A program made the position numbers and the translations under genes. The notes under the pieces are model-generated. The model had not been told where the DNA came from, did not search any database, and saw only the letters and a list, made by a program, of their open reading frames with translations. From an uncultured Acidimicrobiia bacterium (GTDB taxonomy: Bacteria > Actinomycetota > Acidimicrobiia > Spongiisociales > ZC4RG35), in NCBI GenBank assembly GCA_963744905.1, contig CAVUUV010000002.1, positions 261,382-325,381 of the forward strand: a DNA stretch of 64,000 nucleotides. Direction: 5' to 3'. Positions 29,609 to 40,329 of this stretch are shown one piece after another. Numbering within the stretch: the first letter of the stretch is position 1; the number at the start of each line of letters is the position of its first letter.

Positions 29609-30112
29609 ATGAATGACGAAGCCACCCAACAAGCCACTCAGCGGGAAGCCCTCAGGCCCGACGCGGTGGAGCCTGCCGAGGTCGAGGGCGAGGTCGAACA
29701 GGACGGAGCCGGCCCCGAGCGACTGACTCACCCCTCGAAGCTGATCAGGATCGCCACCATGACCCGGGCGATGCTCGACGAGGTCCGTCAGGCACCGATC
29801 GACGACAAGGGCCGGTCCCGCCTGGCCGAGGTGCACCGCCTTTCGGTCGACGAGCTGCGGGGAGTGCTCTCCGATGACCTCCTGGAGGAGTTCGACCAGG
29901 TCATGGTTCCCCTCCACAAGGAGGACGCGAGCGAGGGAGAGATCCGCATCGCCCAGGCCCAGTTGATCGGCTGGCTCGAAGGCCTATTCCACGGCATCCA
30001 GGCCTCGCTCTTCTCACAGCAACTGGCCGCCCAGAACCAGCTCGCCGAGATGCAACGTCGGGCGTTGCAGCGACCCCAGGGAGAGGACCAGGGCCCCGGG
30101 CTCTACCTGTAG
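29609..30112 (+). CDS. bpa: Bacterial proteasome activator Bpa/PafE (DUF2587)
   Basis: RBS GGGAGAG then ATG. LRIAQAQLIGWLEGLFHGIQASLFSQQLAAQNQL is near-identical to the conserved core of mycobacterial Rv3780. C-terminus ends ...GPGLYL. Confidence 0.8.
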   Translation: MNDEATQQATQREALRPDAVEPAEVEGEVEQDGAGPERLTHPSKLIRIATMTRAMLDEVRQAPIDDKGRSRLAEVHRLSVDELRGVLSDDLLEEFDQVMVPLHKEDASEGEIRIAQAQLIGWLEGLFHGIQASLFSQQLAAQNQLAEMQRRALQRPQGEDQGPGLYL

Positions 30113-30116
30113 GCAG

Positions 30117-30809
30117 TCAGAAGATAATCCCCAGCAGGATCCCCAGCACCAACAGGCTTGCTCCCACCAGGATCAGCCGTATCGGGTTGATGGCGGGGGG
30201 CAGCCACTCCTCGATCGACTCTTCGACCAGGCCGAGGGCGCCCACGACGAGCGCTATCAGCCCACCGATCAGCGTGATCGCGGCGGCGATGCCGGGCAGA
30301 AAGATGGCCAGGATGATCAGGGCAGCGAGGCCGACCCATACCCAGGGCCCCGACCGGGCGAGACCCCAGAGGTCCTTGGCCTCGAGGGCCACCGATGAGA
30401 GCTCCTTGCTCAAATCCTGGCGGACCTCGTCGACGTCCTGACGCAGGTCATCGACGAGCGATGGCCCCGGCTCCTCCTCTTCCGTGCGGAAGGCTTCGTG
30501 GACCCGCTCGCGCTGAACCCGTTTCTCGCCCCTTCTGTAGGGAGCGGTCTCGGCCAGGAAGCTCTCGTGCTCGTTGAGCCGCAGGATCAGGTCCTCCCCG
30601 TCGGCCCTCAAGGTGACGCTCTTCTCGTCGCGAGGGCGGATGGCCACTTCATACAGCTTCCACGTGCCCAGCTCCGTGCGACCCGAGTTGAGACGGATCG
30701 TGCCCTGCTCGATCGTCACCATCGCCGGCAGCACGGAGGGCTCGTCGGGGAGCTGCATCTCACCGAAGTAGACAGGCATACCCCCCATAATCGTCCATCC
30801 GTCGGGCAT
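30117..30809 (-). CDS. Hypothetical membrane protein (soluble N-domain + 2-3 C-terminal TM helices)
   Basis: Coding-like ORF; hydrophobic C-terminal WVWVGLAALIILAIFLPGIAAAITLIGGLIALVVGALGL. Confidence 0.45.
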   Translation of the reverse strand: MPDGWTIMGGMPVYFGEMQLPDEPSVLPAMVTIEQGTIRLNSGRTELGTWKLYEVAIRPRDEKSVTLRADGEDLILRLNEHESFLAETAPYRRGEKRVQRERVHEAFRTEEEEPGPSLVDDLRQDVDEVRQDLSKELSSVALEAKDLWGLARSGPWVWVGLAALIILAIFLPGIAAAITLIGGLIALVVGALGLVEESIEEWLPPAINPIRLILVGASLLVLGILLGIIF

Positions 30810-30839
30810 ACTGCACGATTTTCGGCCCCGGCGTGCAAT

Positions 30840-31040
30840 CGCACACTCTGTGAACGCTTTTGGCGACGACGGCCGAGATTCGGTTCACAGAACTACCGGC
30901 CGCCTCCACCACCGCACACTCTGTGAACGCTTTTGGCGACGACGGCCGAGATTCGGTTCACAGAACTACCGGCCGCCTCCACCACCGCACACTCTGTGAA
31001 CGCTCTTGGCGACGACAGCCGAGATTCGGTTCACAGAGAA
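30840..31040. repeat. Tandem direct repeat, 73-bp unit x ~2.7, each unit with internal inverted repeat CTCTGTGAAC...GTTCACAGA
   Basis: Units start at 30840, 30913 and 30986. Copies 1 and 2 are identical; copy 3 diverges after ~50 bp. Confidence 0.85.
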
Positions 31041-31055
31041 GGTGACGATGCGCGG

Positions 31056-31331
31056 TCAGCCGGCGCGACGGGAGCCGATCTGGCGTTCCCGTCTCACCCG
31101 ACGGCGCTCACGTTCGGACATGCCGCCCCAGATCCCGAACTTCTCACCGATCTCGATGGCGAAGTCGAGGCACTCGGCCCGCACCTGGCACTCGGCACAG
31201 ATGGCCTTTGCCTTGCGGGTCGAAGCCCCTCGCTCCGGAAAGAAGAGGTCGGCGTCGGCTCCCCGGCAGTTGGCATAGTCCTGCCATGACAACTCCCCTA
31301 CTGCCAGCGCCTCGATGAGCTTGCCTTGCAT
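31056..31331 (-). CDS. whiB: WhiB-family transcriptional regulator (Fe-S cluster, four conserved Cys)
   Basis: WQDYANCRG...C...CAEC...C plus C-terminal GIWGG and basic tail; start MQGKLIEAL with GAGGGG RBS. Confidence 0.85.
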   Translation of the reverse strand: MQGKLIEALAVGELSWQDYANCRGADADLFFPERGASTRKAKAICAECQVRAECLDFAIEIGEKFGIWGGMSERERRRVRRERQIGSRRAG

Positions 31332-31342
31332 TCCGGGGCATC

Positions 31343-31356
31343 CCCTCACACGCGTG
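31343..31356. promoter_or_regulatory. Perfect 14-bp palindrome CGTGTAATTACACG in whiB-sdhC divergent intergenic region (candidate operator)
   Basis: Exact self-complementarity. AT-rich in a 68% GC genome. Located 12-25 bp upstream of the whiB start codon. Confidence 0.35.
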
Positions 31357-31469
31357 TAATTACACGTTTGAGATTACGGGTTCTTACGCGCGCCGTCAAC
31401 CCCCAGACACGTGACGATTCGTGTCCCCAGTCGGCTTGCCATAATGGGAAGCCGATCGAAGGGAAGAGG

Positions 31470-32201
31470 TTGACGACGACAGCGGAACGAAGACGGCTCC
31501 CCTGGCCGGTCGAGTTCTACCGCTCGGCGGTAGGCAAGAAGTGGGTCATGGCCATAACCGGCATCGCCCTCCTCGGTTACCTGCTGGCCCACATGATCGG
31601 CAACCTCAAGATCTTCCTCCCGGCCGAGAACGGGGTGCCCGACATCAACCTCTACGCCGAGGCCCTGCGCTCGCTCCTCTTCCCGCTCATGCCCCGCTAC
31701 GTCACACTGTGGATCCTGCGCACCGGCTTGCTGATCGCAGCGATTCTCCACATCCACGCCGCCTACTCGCTGACGATCATGAACCATCACGCCCGGCCGG
31801 TCGACTACGCCGGACCGCGCCATTACCTGGTGGCCAACTACGCCAGTCGGACCATGCGGTGGTCGGGAGTCATCGTGCTTCTGTTCGTCCTCTTCCACCT
31901 GGCCGACCTGACCTGGGGCATCCAGCCTGTCGCCCCCGCCTCCTGGGCGCACGGTGCGGTCTATGCCAACTTCATCGCCACCTTTTCCCGGCCCTGGGTG
32001 ACGACCTTCTATGTCATCGCCAACCTGGCCGTGGGATTGCACATCTTCCACGGGGCCTGGTCGATGTTCCAGAGCATGGGAGCCAACAATCCCCGCTTCA
32101 ACACATGGCGCCGCTATTTCGCCTGGACCCTGGCCGGGGTCATCACCGCGGGCAACGTGGTGATGCCACTGGCGGTTCTGTTCGGGCTGGTGGGAGGATG
32201 A
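31470..32201 (+). CDS. sdhC: Succinate dehydrogenase/fumarate reductase cytochrome b membrane anchor subunit
   Basis: TTG start after GGGAAGAGG. Polytopic with conserved His residues; immediately upstream of sdhA. Confidence 0.7.
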   Translation: MTTTAERRRLPWPVEFYRSAVGKKWVMAITGIALLGYLLAHMIGNLKIFLPAENGVPDINLYAEALRSLLFPLMPRYVTLWILRTGLLIAAILHIHAAYSLTIMNHHARPVDYAGPRHYLVANYASRTMRWSGVIVLLFVLFHLADLTWGIQPVAPASWAHGAVYANFIATFSRPWVTTFYVIANLAVGLHIFHGAWSMFQSMGANNPRFNTWRRYFAWTLAGVITAGNVVMPLAVLFGLVGG

Positions 32202-32205
32202 GATC

Positions 32206-34125
<1,920 letters not shown>

Positions 34126-34262
34126 ATCCCCCCTACCTCCCGACTCACGTCGGCAGGGACCTTCCCCCTGCCTCCGGCAGGGGGACAAAGAGAGAGTCTG
34201 TCCCCCGAGCGAGCGAAGGCGGGCCCCACGTCGCAGACGTGGGGTAGGGGGGCGAGCCGGCC

Positions 34263-35027
34263 ATGAACATCACACTTCAGGTCTGGCGTCAGGAAGGGCC
34301 CGAGCGGGCGGGCAGATTCGAGACCTACCAGGTCAACGACGTCGAGCCGGAGATGTCCTTCCTGGAGATGCTGGACGTCCTCAACGAACGTCTCGTCCAT
34401 CAAGGAGAGGAGCCGGTCACCTTCGATCACGATTGCCGGGAGGGGATCTGCGGTACGTGCGGGGTGATGATCGACGGCCAGGCCCACGGCCCCCAGCTGG
34501 GTACGGCCACCTGCCAGCTGCACATGCGCAAGTTCAGCGACGGCGACACCATCGTGGTCGAGCCGTGGCGAGCTTCCGGATTCCCCATCGTCAAGGATCT
34601 GGTGGTGGACCGCAGTGCCTTCGATCGCATCATCGAGGCGGGCGGCTATATCACGGTCGATACCGGCTCGGCTCCCGACGCCAACCTGATCCCGGTTCCG
34701 AAGGAGGTGGCCGACACCGCCTTCGACGCCGCCGCCTGCATCGGTTGCGGAGCCTGCGTGGCGGCCTGTCCCAACGGAGCCGCCAACCTGTTCACCTCCG
34801 CCAAGATCGCCCATCTCAACATGCTTCCCCAGGGTCAGGCCGAGCGGTGGGAGCGAACCCAGGCGATGGTGGAGACCATGGAGCGCTACTTCGGCTCCTG
34901 CACCAACCACGGCGAGTGCGAGAAGGCCTGTCCCAAGTCGATATCCATCGACTTCATCGCCATGATGAACCTCGACTACGCCAAGGCGAAGTGGAAGAAC
35001 CGCCGCCTCATGGCCCAGCGCAGCTGA
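34263..35027 (+). CDS. sdhB: Succinate dehydrogenase/fumarate reductase iron-sulfur subunit
   Basis: 2Fe-2[11 protein letters not shown] and 4Fe-4S/3Fe-4[13 protein letters not shown] motifs. Confidence 0.9.
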   Translation: MNITLQVWRQEGPERAGRFETYQVNDVEPEMSFLEMLDVLNERLVHQGEEPVTFDHDCREGICGTCGVMIDGQAHGPQLGTATCQLHMRKFSDGDTIVVEPWRASGFPIVKDLVVDRSAFDRIIEAGGYITVDTGSAPDANLIPVPKEVADTAFDAAACIGCGACVAACPNGAANLFTSAKIAHLNMLPQGQAERWERTQAMVETMERYFGSCTNHGECEKACPKSISIDFIAMMNLDYAKAKWKNRRLMAQRS

Positions 35028-35143
35028 TCCCCCGCCTCCCAACTCAAGGGTCGTTGGGCCTATGGAAGGCGATTAGCCTGCGACCAGCATTTCCCTGAGG
35101 GCCTCTGGAGAACTCGGGCCACCGTCCGCCGTGACGGGAACGA

Positions 35144-36617
35144 GTGACGAATGTGGACCGGGCCGGTCCACCAGAGATGGGAGTGGAAGTGGGCAAAACC
35201 TCAGGGTTCGACCGAACGTCCGAACGCGGGGCGGTGGCGATTCTCGTGGCGGCCGCCCTCTTGGTCTTGATGGGTTTCGCCGCCCTGGTCGTCGACGTTG
35301 GAGCCGGCTTCAGCGAACGCAGGCAGGACCAGAGCGCAGCGGATTTCTCCAGCCTCGCCGCCGTCCAGTTCGCCCGAGGCAGCGCCAACAAGCAGACGGC
35401 GGCCGACAACGGAGCCGCCGAAGCCCGGGCAGTGGCCGAAGCAAGTATGGACGTGACTCTCACCGCCTCCCAGTGGTCGAACTGCACAGATCCAGGGCGC
35501 CCCAGTCAGTTCACCGTCGTCTCCACTACCAGCCCCTGCATCTCGTTCACGGCCAATCTCCAGAAGTCGAGAGTGGTCATACCGACGATCGACGTGAATA
35601 CCACGTTCGGAAAGGCACTGGGCTTCGCCAAGCTGCAGACGTCGGCTCTCGCTGAAGCCCAGGGCGACCTGAGTCAGGAAGGGCGAGTCATGCCCTTCGG
35701 CCTGCCGGGCGGCTCCGCCGGACAGACCGAAGTGTGTCTCCGGGACAGCAACTCGGTGCCGGGCCCCCTGTGATGGGCCCGACAGCGGGAATTTCGGGAC
35801 TCTCGACTTCTCTCTGTACGGCAACGACACGGTGGGGACTGTCGAGACATGCGGCAATGCCATGTCCCAGGACAAACTGGGGCAAACATGGTCGTGGGCG
35901 TGGACCACCCCCTAGCGACCGCCTCGGCGGAACCGCGCCGACGAGGCCTACTGTCCGATCTTCAACGCTCGCCCCAACCACGTCGACGGACAGACCGGCA
36001 TAGGGTCGGCATTGTACCGGGCATGGTGGCCGGAACCAGCCGGACTGAGCGGATACGTGCCCGGGCGGATCGCACGGGGGCAAACCGATCACGGTGGAGG
36101 GGGATCGAATGGGGTCGACGACACTGGGCTGTGGCATTACATCGACGCCTCCAGCCCCTCAGCCGCCTGCTGTGACGGCGTCTCGGACACCACCGAAATG
36201 GCCTCCTGCATTGCCGACTGGAGAGCCGGCAACTACAACAACCCGCTCTTCACGCTGGCGATAGCCGACGCCGTGCGCTTCGGCGCCGTACCCGTGCTCG
36301 ATGCCGGTGCCTGGGGAAACGGAACCAGTACCTATGGCATCGCCGACATCGTCCCTGTTATTAGTGGGGCTGCAATAGCTCCGGCGGTAACGGAAATGGA
36401 AATGGGAACGGGAACGGTGGAGGATCAGGATCGAGCTGTGCCATCATCCACTATCCCGCCGACCCCGCGCCTCCTCGGGTCTGGGCAGCACGGTGAACGG
36501 AGCAACCGGCTCAATGCAGTCACCGCGTTCGTGCTGGATGTGGAGATGCTCCCTGAGCCACTCCGTTCGAACTTCCCCACCAGCCCCGAACAGGTGGACT
36601 ATGCACTCACGAAATGA
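35144..36617 (+). pseudogene. TadG-like pseudopilin gene disrupted by a frameshift (~35760, C5 run) and an in-frame TAG (35913..35915)
   Basis: 35144..35773 encodes a TadE/G N-domain (ERGAVAILVAAALLVLMGFAALVVDVG). Protein-like sequence continues in the next frame (CDGPDSGNFGTLDFSLYGN...WAWTTP*). After the TAG it continues as ...ALYRAWWPEPAGLSG... to 36617. Confidence 0.45.
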
Positions 36618-37058
36618 AGACGAAACGAAACGACGAGCGAGGGGTGGCGCTGGTGGAGATGGCACTCCTCACCCCGTTCCTGGTTCTTCTGCTCCTCGGC
36701 ATGATCGAGTTCGGCTGGCTGTTCGCCCAGAATCTCGACATCAAGCACGGCGCCCGGGAGGCGGCACGGATGCTTTCGGTCAACGACGATCCTGGCGGGG
36801 GAGGCACCCAGTCCCAGAACATCATCACCGGTGTGTGCGTCGATGGACCTCTATCCCGGCACCACAGTGCAACTGATCCAGTCCGGTACGACCGTTGATT
36901 CGCCGGCCTCGGCCGTCGTATCGATTGCGGCGGGACAGAACACCTTGACCGGTTTCCTGGACTGGGCGATTCCCGCCTCGATGACCATTTCCTCTACCGC
37001 CGAAACCCGCCTGCAGAAGGAAGCGGACTGGACATCGGGCTCTGGCTCATGTCCGTGA
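36614..37058 (+). CDS. TadE-like pseudopilin, frameshifted near 36835 (GTGTGTG tract)
   Basis: N-terminal ERGVALVEMALLTPFLVLLLLGMIEFGW (36614..). Continues in the neighbouring frame as ...ASMDLYPGTTVQLIQSGTTVDSPASAVVSIAAGQNTL... to 37058. Confidence 0.45.
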
Positions 37059-37468
37059 CGCGGAGAGAGCCTCAGCCCGAACGGGGGGCGAGCCTCGTGG
37101 AGTTCGCCCTGGTCCTTCCGCTTCTGATTGTGCTCCTATTCGGGCTGATCGAGTTCAGTTGGGGCTTCGCCCAGGCTTTGGACGTGAAGCAAGTTGCGCG
37201 GGAGGTTGGCCGCCTGGCCGCGGTCGATGGAACCCAGGCCGACATCGACGCCAAGGCGTGCGGATCTCGGCTGGCAGAGGTCGGAACGGCGTCCGTGTCG
37301 GGTGGGACGACGGCTGGCGAAACGGCAATCATCACGGTCTCGGCTGATCTGCATCAGATCACAGGTCTGTTCGGTGAGTTCTTCGGGTCCGCCGGGGTGC
37401 TCGACTCGACGATCGAAGTTCGTCTCGAGCAAGACCTGACCAACTGGTCCGGAACGACCTGTCCCTGA
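37049..37468 (+). CDS. TadE-like pseudopilin
   Basis: ERGASLVEFALVLPLLIVLLFGLIEFSWGFAQALDVKQVAREVGRLAA. Confidence 0.65.
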   Translation: MSVTRREPQPERGASLVEFALVLPLLIVLLFGLIEFSWGFAQALDVKQVAREVGRLAAVDGTQADIDAKACGSRLAEVGTASVSGGTTAGETAIITVSADLHQITGLFGEFFGSAGVLDSTIEVRLEQDLTNWSGTTCP

Positions 37469-37695
37469 CCCCAGGCCTGAGGAGTCGGCATCGAAACAGG
37501 CGATTGATACCATCGCACTCGCTGGTAGCCTTTCGGTGGGGCTGGATCGTTCACGTATGGACGTGGCCAACCCCATGGAAGCCAAGGAAGGCTGGGAGTG
37601 CTCAGGGGTACTAGACGGACACGAGGAGAGAATGGCGCCACCATGGTCGAGGTCGCCATCGTGCCGCCACTGTCGAATTCGCCTGGCGTATTGCT

Positions 37696-38364
37696 ATGCG
37701 CCGACAGCTGAGCCGAACAGCACGGGGGCGTGCTCGAGTCGTTGACGCCGACATCCTCTCAGACATCGAGAGCGTGCATGTCGGTAATCAACAACCGTTC
37801 TCCCGCGACGTCCAAGCTGGAGGCACGTCCCAAAGGCGCCGGCTGCGCCACGGCGTCGATCGCGGAGCGACCCTGGTGGAGTTCGCCATAGCGTTTCCCT
37901 TGTTGATCCTCTTGCTCATGGCAATCATAGAATTCGGACGCTTGGCCTTCACCTATTCCGAGGTCTGGTCGGCAGCACGTGAGGGAGCCCGATTTGCAAC
38001 CACGGTCGGAGACAATGATGGAAACGGCCTGCCCAACTTCATCGACTGCCCACAGATCCTTGGCGCGGCCCAATCAAAGGTGACATTTCATCCACTCACG
38101 GCCAGTGATATCGAGGTCATCTACGAAGATCAGGCCTCGCCTCCCAATACCATCGCCAGCTGTCAGACTCCACCAGCACCACCCGCGAAGACTCCGCCCA
38201 ATCCCGTCGATGCTGGAAACATCGACCCAGGCACCCAGATCAAGGTAGTAGTCCACTCGACATACGACTCGATTGTCCCCCTGGTCGGCGTGTTTCTCGA
38301 TGGGCTGAGCTTGGACTCCACCCAGATCAGGTCCGTTCACTACGAGGTCAAGAATGGCTCATGA
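37696..38364 (+). CDS. TadE-like pseudopilin (true start probably internal)
   Basis: DRGATLVEFAIAFPLLILLLMAIIEFGRLAFTYSEVWSAAREGARFA. Confidence 0.6.
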   Translation: MRRQLSRTARGRARVVDADILSDIESVHVGNQQPFSRDVQAGGTSQRRRLRHGVDRGATLVEFAIAFPLLILLLMAIIEFGRLAFTYSEVWSAAREGARFATTVGDNDGNGLPNFIDCPQILGAAQSKVTFHPLTASDIEVIYEDQASPPNTIASCQTPPAPPAKTPPNPVDAGNIDPGTQIKVVVHSTYDSIVPLVGVFLDGLSLDSTQIRSVHYEVKNGS

Positions 38365-38791
38365 GTCTGATCGAGAACGCGGTGCGGCCGTTGTCGAGTT
38401 GGCGTTCGTCACGGCCTTCCTTCTCATCCCCTTGTTGATCGGTTTGATCGACGTTGGGCGCATGATCTACACGAGAATTGCGCTGCAAGAAGCAGCTCAG
38501 GAAGGGGTGCTATATGCCTCATTTCCTGAGGGATCTGTCCCCATTACTGCAGCCGACATTACAGCTCGAGTGATTGAGTCGGTCTCATATCCTCCACTCG
38601 ATTCATCAGGCGTTTCTGTCTATTGCGAGCTCGTGCCTCGGTTGGTCGATGCAGCCGAGGTGGCGGTCCAGGTCGACTACCAGATCGACTCATTCTTTCC
38701 GTTCACCGGCCCCGTGACCATCAGCCGCACGGCCGTCAGTGATCGATTCCTCGACTCATGCCCGGCGGGAAGCCTGAGTCCGTTACCCTAG
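38354..38791 (+). CDS. TadE-like pseudopilin
   Basis: ERGAAVVELAFVTAFLLIPLLIGLIDVGRMIYTRIALQEAAQEG. Confidence 0.65.
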   Translation: MAHESDRERGAAVVELAFVTAFLLIPLLIGLIDVGRMIYTRIALQEAAQEGVLYASFPEGSVPITAADITARVIESVSYPPLDSSGVSVYCELVPRLVDAAEVAVQVDYQIDSFFPFTGPVTISRTAVSDRFLDSCPAGSLSPLP

Positions 38792-38801
38792 GCGAGAGGA
38801 A

Positions 38802-40034
38802 GTGGGATCTGGGATGAGGCAAAATGAAGAAGGCGCCACAGCAATCCTGGTCGCTGTGAGTCTGTTGATGATCTTTGGGCTGGTGGCACTCGGAATTGAT
38901 GGCAGCCTGGCCTTCAATGACCGACGAGGCAGTCAGAACGCTGCGGACATCGCGGCGATGGCGGCTGCTTGGGAATCCTGCAACCCAGCGGACTCCGCCA
39001 CGACTCCTGTGAACGCAGCGCTCGCCGCAGCCGCTGAGAATGGCTACGACAACACCGATGCCGGCGTTCAGGTGAACGTGACGGGACCATCCGCCGCTTC
39101 AGATGGGTGGACCGTTGCGATCCAAAAGGTAAGCGGCGGCGTCTTCGGCCCCGCGACGCCCTACGCACCAGACAACATCGATGTCATCTCAACTGCGACA
39201 GCACACTGCGTCGATCAGCCAATACTTGGCGGCTATGCACTTTTCGCCGGGGCTGCGACTTGTCCCGGAATCAACGAGCTAAACACCACGAGTTCGAGCG
39301 TAACCGTTAACGGTAACGTCCACACAAACGGCGACGTGAACACCGGGGCAAGCTTCGATGTCACCGGCAATGTGACGTATAGAGGCGACAACAAGATAAG
39401 CGATCCCGATACTGAAGCAACCAAGTTTGTCGGCTCGGCAATTAAGTACCCGTTGGACCTTACCCTCAGTGACTACGACCTCGGCAGCCCTCGGGCCGAC
39501 GCCGCCAACGTGTTCGGGGAATACTACGACTTCGGTAGCTCCGTCATAGACGAAAAAGCGCTCACCGGCTGGAGCCCTCCCCTGGCTGTGCTGACCGCGA
39601 CCGGCATCAAGATAACGCACTCAGGTATCTACAGAACGGACGGTGATGTCACACTGGGAAAGGTTGAGCTTGCCCCCGACGTCAGGGTCACATTCGTAGC
39701 CAAAGGTCAGATCAAGCTAACGGGGAACTCGGATTTCGAAGGATACGATCCGATCGAAGGACCAAACGGCCCACGTATGGCACTCTTCTCGGAATACCAG
39801 CCGACCGGAAATAGGTGCAACAACAAGGCGATCACCGTCTCCTCCAACGGAGTGGCATGGGACGGCGTCATCTTTGCCCCCAACGGGTCAGTCGACATCT
39901 CAGCGTCGTCTGCCACCGGGATCAACGGATCGATCATCTCCTTCGTAATCAATCTCTCTGGTTCGAGCATCACGGTCAGCTTTCAGGACGATCCAGATCG
40001 CCCGCCGAACCTGTCAATGGAGCTGATCCGCTGA
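38802..40034 (+). CDS. TadG-like pilus assembly protein
   Basis: N-terminal EEGATAILVAVSLLMIFGLVALGIDGSLAFNDRRGSQNAADIAAMAAAW (TadG N-domain); 410 aa. Confidence 0.65.
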   Translation: MGSGMRQNEEGATAILVAVSLLMIFGLVALGIDGSLAFNDRRGSQNAADIAAMAAAWESCNPADSATTPVNAALAAAAENGYDNTDAGVQVNVTGPSAASDGWTVAIQKVSGGVFGPATPYAPDNIDVISTATAHCVDQPILGGYALFAGAATCPGINELNTTSSSVTVNGNVHTNGDVNTGASFDVTGNVTYRGDNKISDPDTEATKFVGSAIKYPLDLTLSDYDLGSPRADAANVFGEYYDFGSSVIDEKALTGWSPPLAVLTATGIKITHSGIYRTDGDVTLGKVELAPDVRVTFVAKGQIKLTGNSDFEGYDPIEGPNGPRMALFSEYQPTGNRCNNKAITVSSNGVAWDGVIFAPNGSVDISASSATGINGSIISFVINLSGSSITVSFQDDPDRPPNLSMELIR

Positions 40035-40329
40035 TCTCGCGTCCGTCGGACGTCCAAGGCGCCCACGAAGTGGTACCGATGCACTCCACCGCGCCTTGGT
40101 CCTCGCGCTTCCGCGACATGGCGAGAGTCTGGTTCCGTTCCTCGGCCCAGATGTAACCGGTGGACAGGGGAAAGAACCGGCGGAGGTTCCAGCGAACGAC
40201 GGAGGGCCCAATCGGGCGCGGATTTCGCTGCCTTTGGCCGTTCTCCGGCTTGCCGCCGGCTGCTGCGCACCCGCGCATGGCCGACGGACGCGACCTGATT
40301 GATACCGCCCTCCAGCCGGTTTGCCTTCG

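Noticed and set aside
30840-31040. Possible CRISPR array
   Set aside because: Repeat units are directly contiguous with no unique spacers; only ~2.7 copies; no cas genes nearby.
30860-31289. Three overlapping plus-strand ORFs all beginning MATTAEIRFTE
   Set aside because: Generated by the 73-bp tandem repeat. Each copy supplies an alternative TTG/ATG; the unit length is not a multiple of 3; no coding signal.
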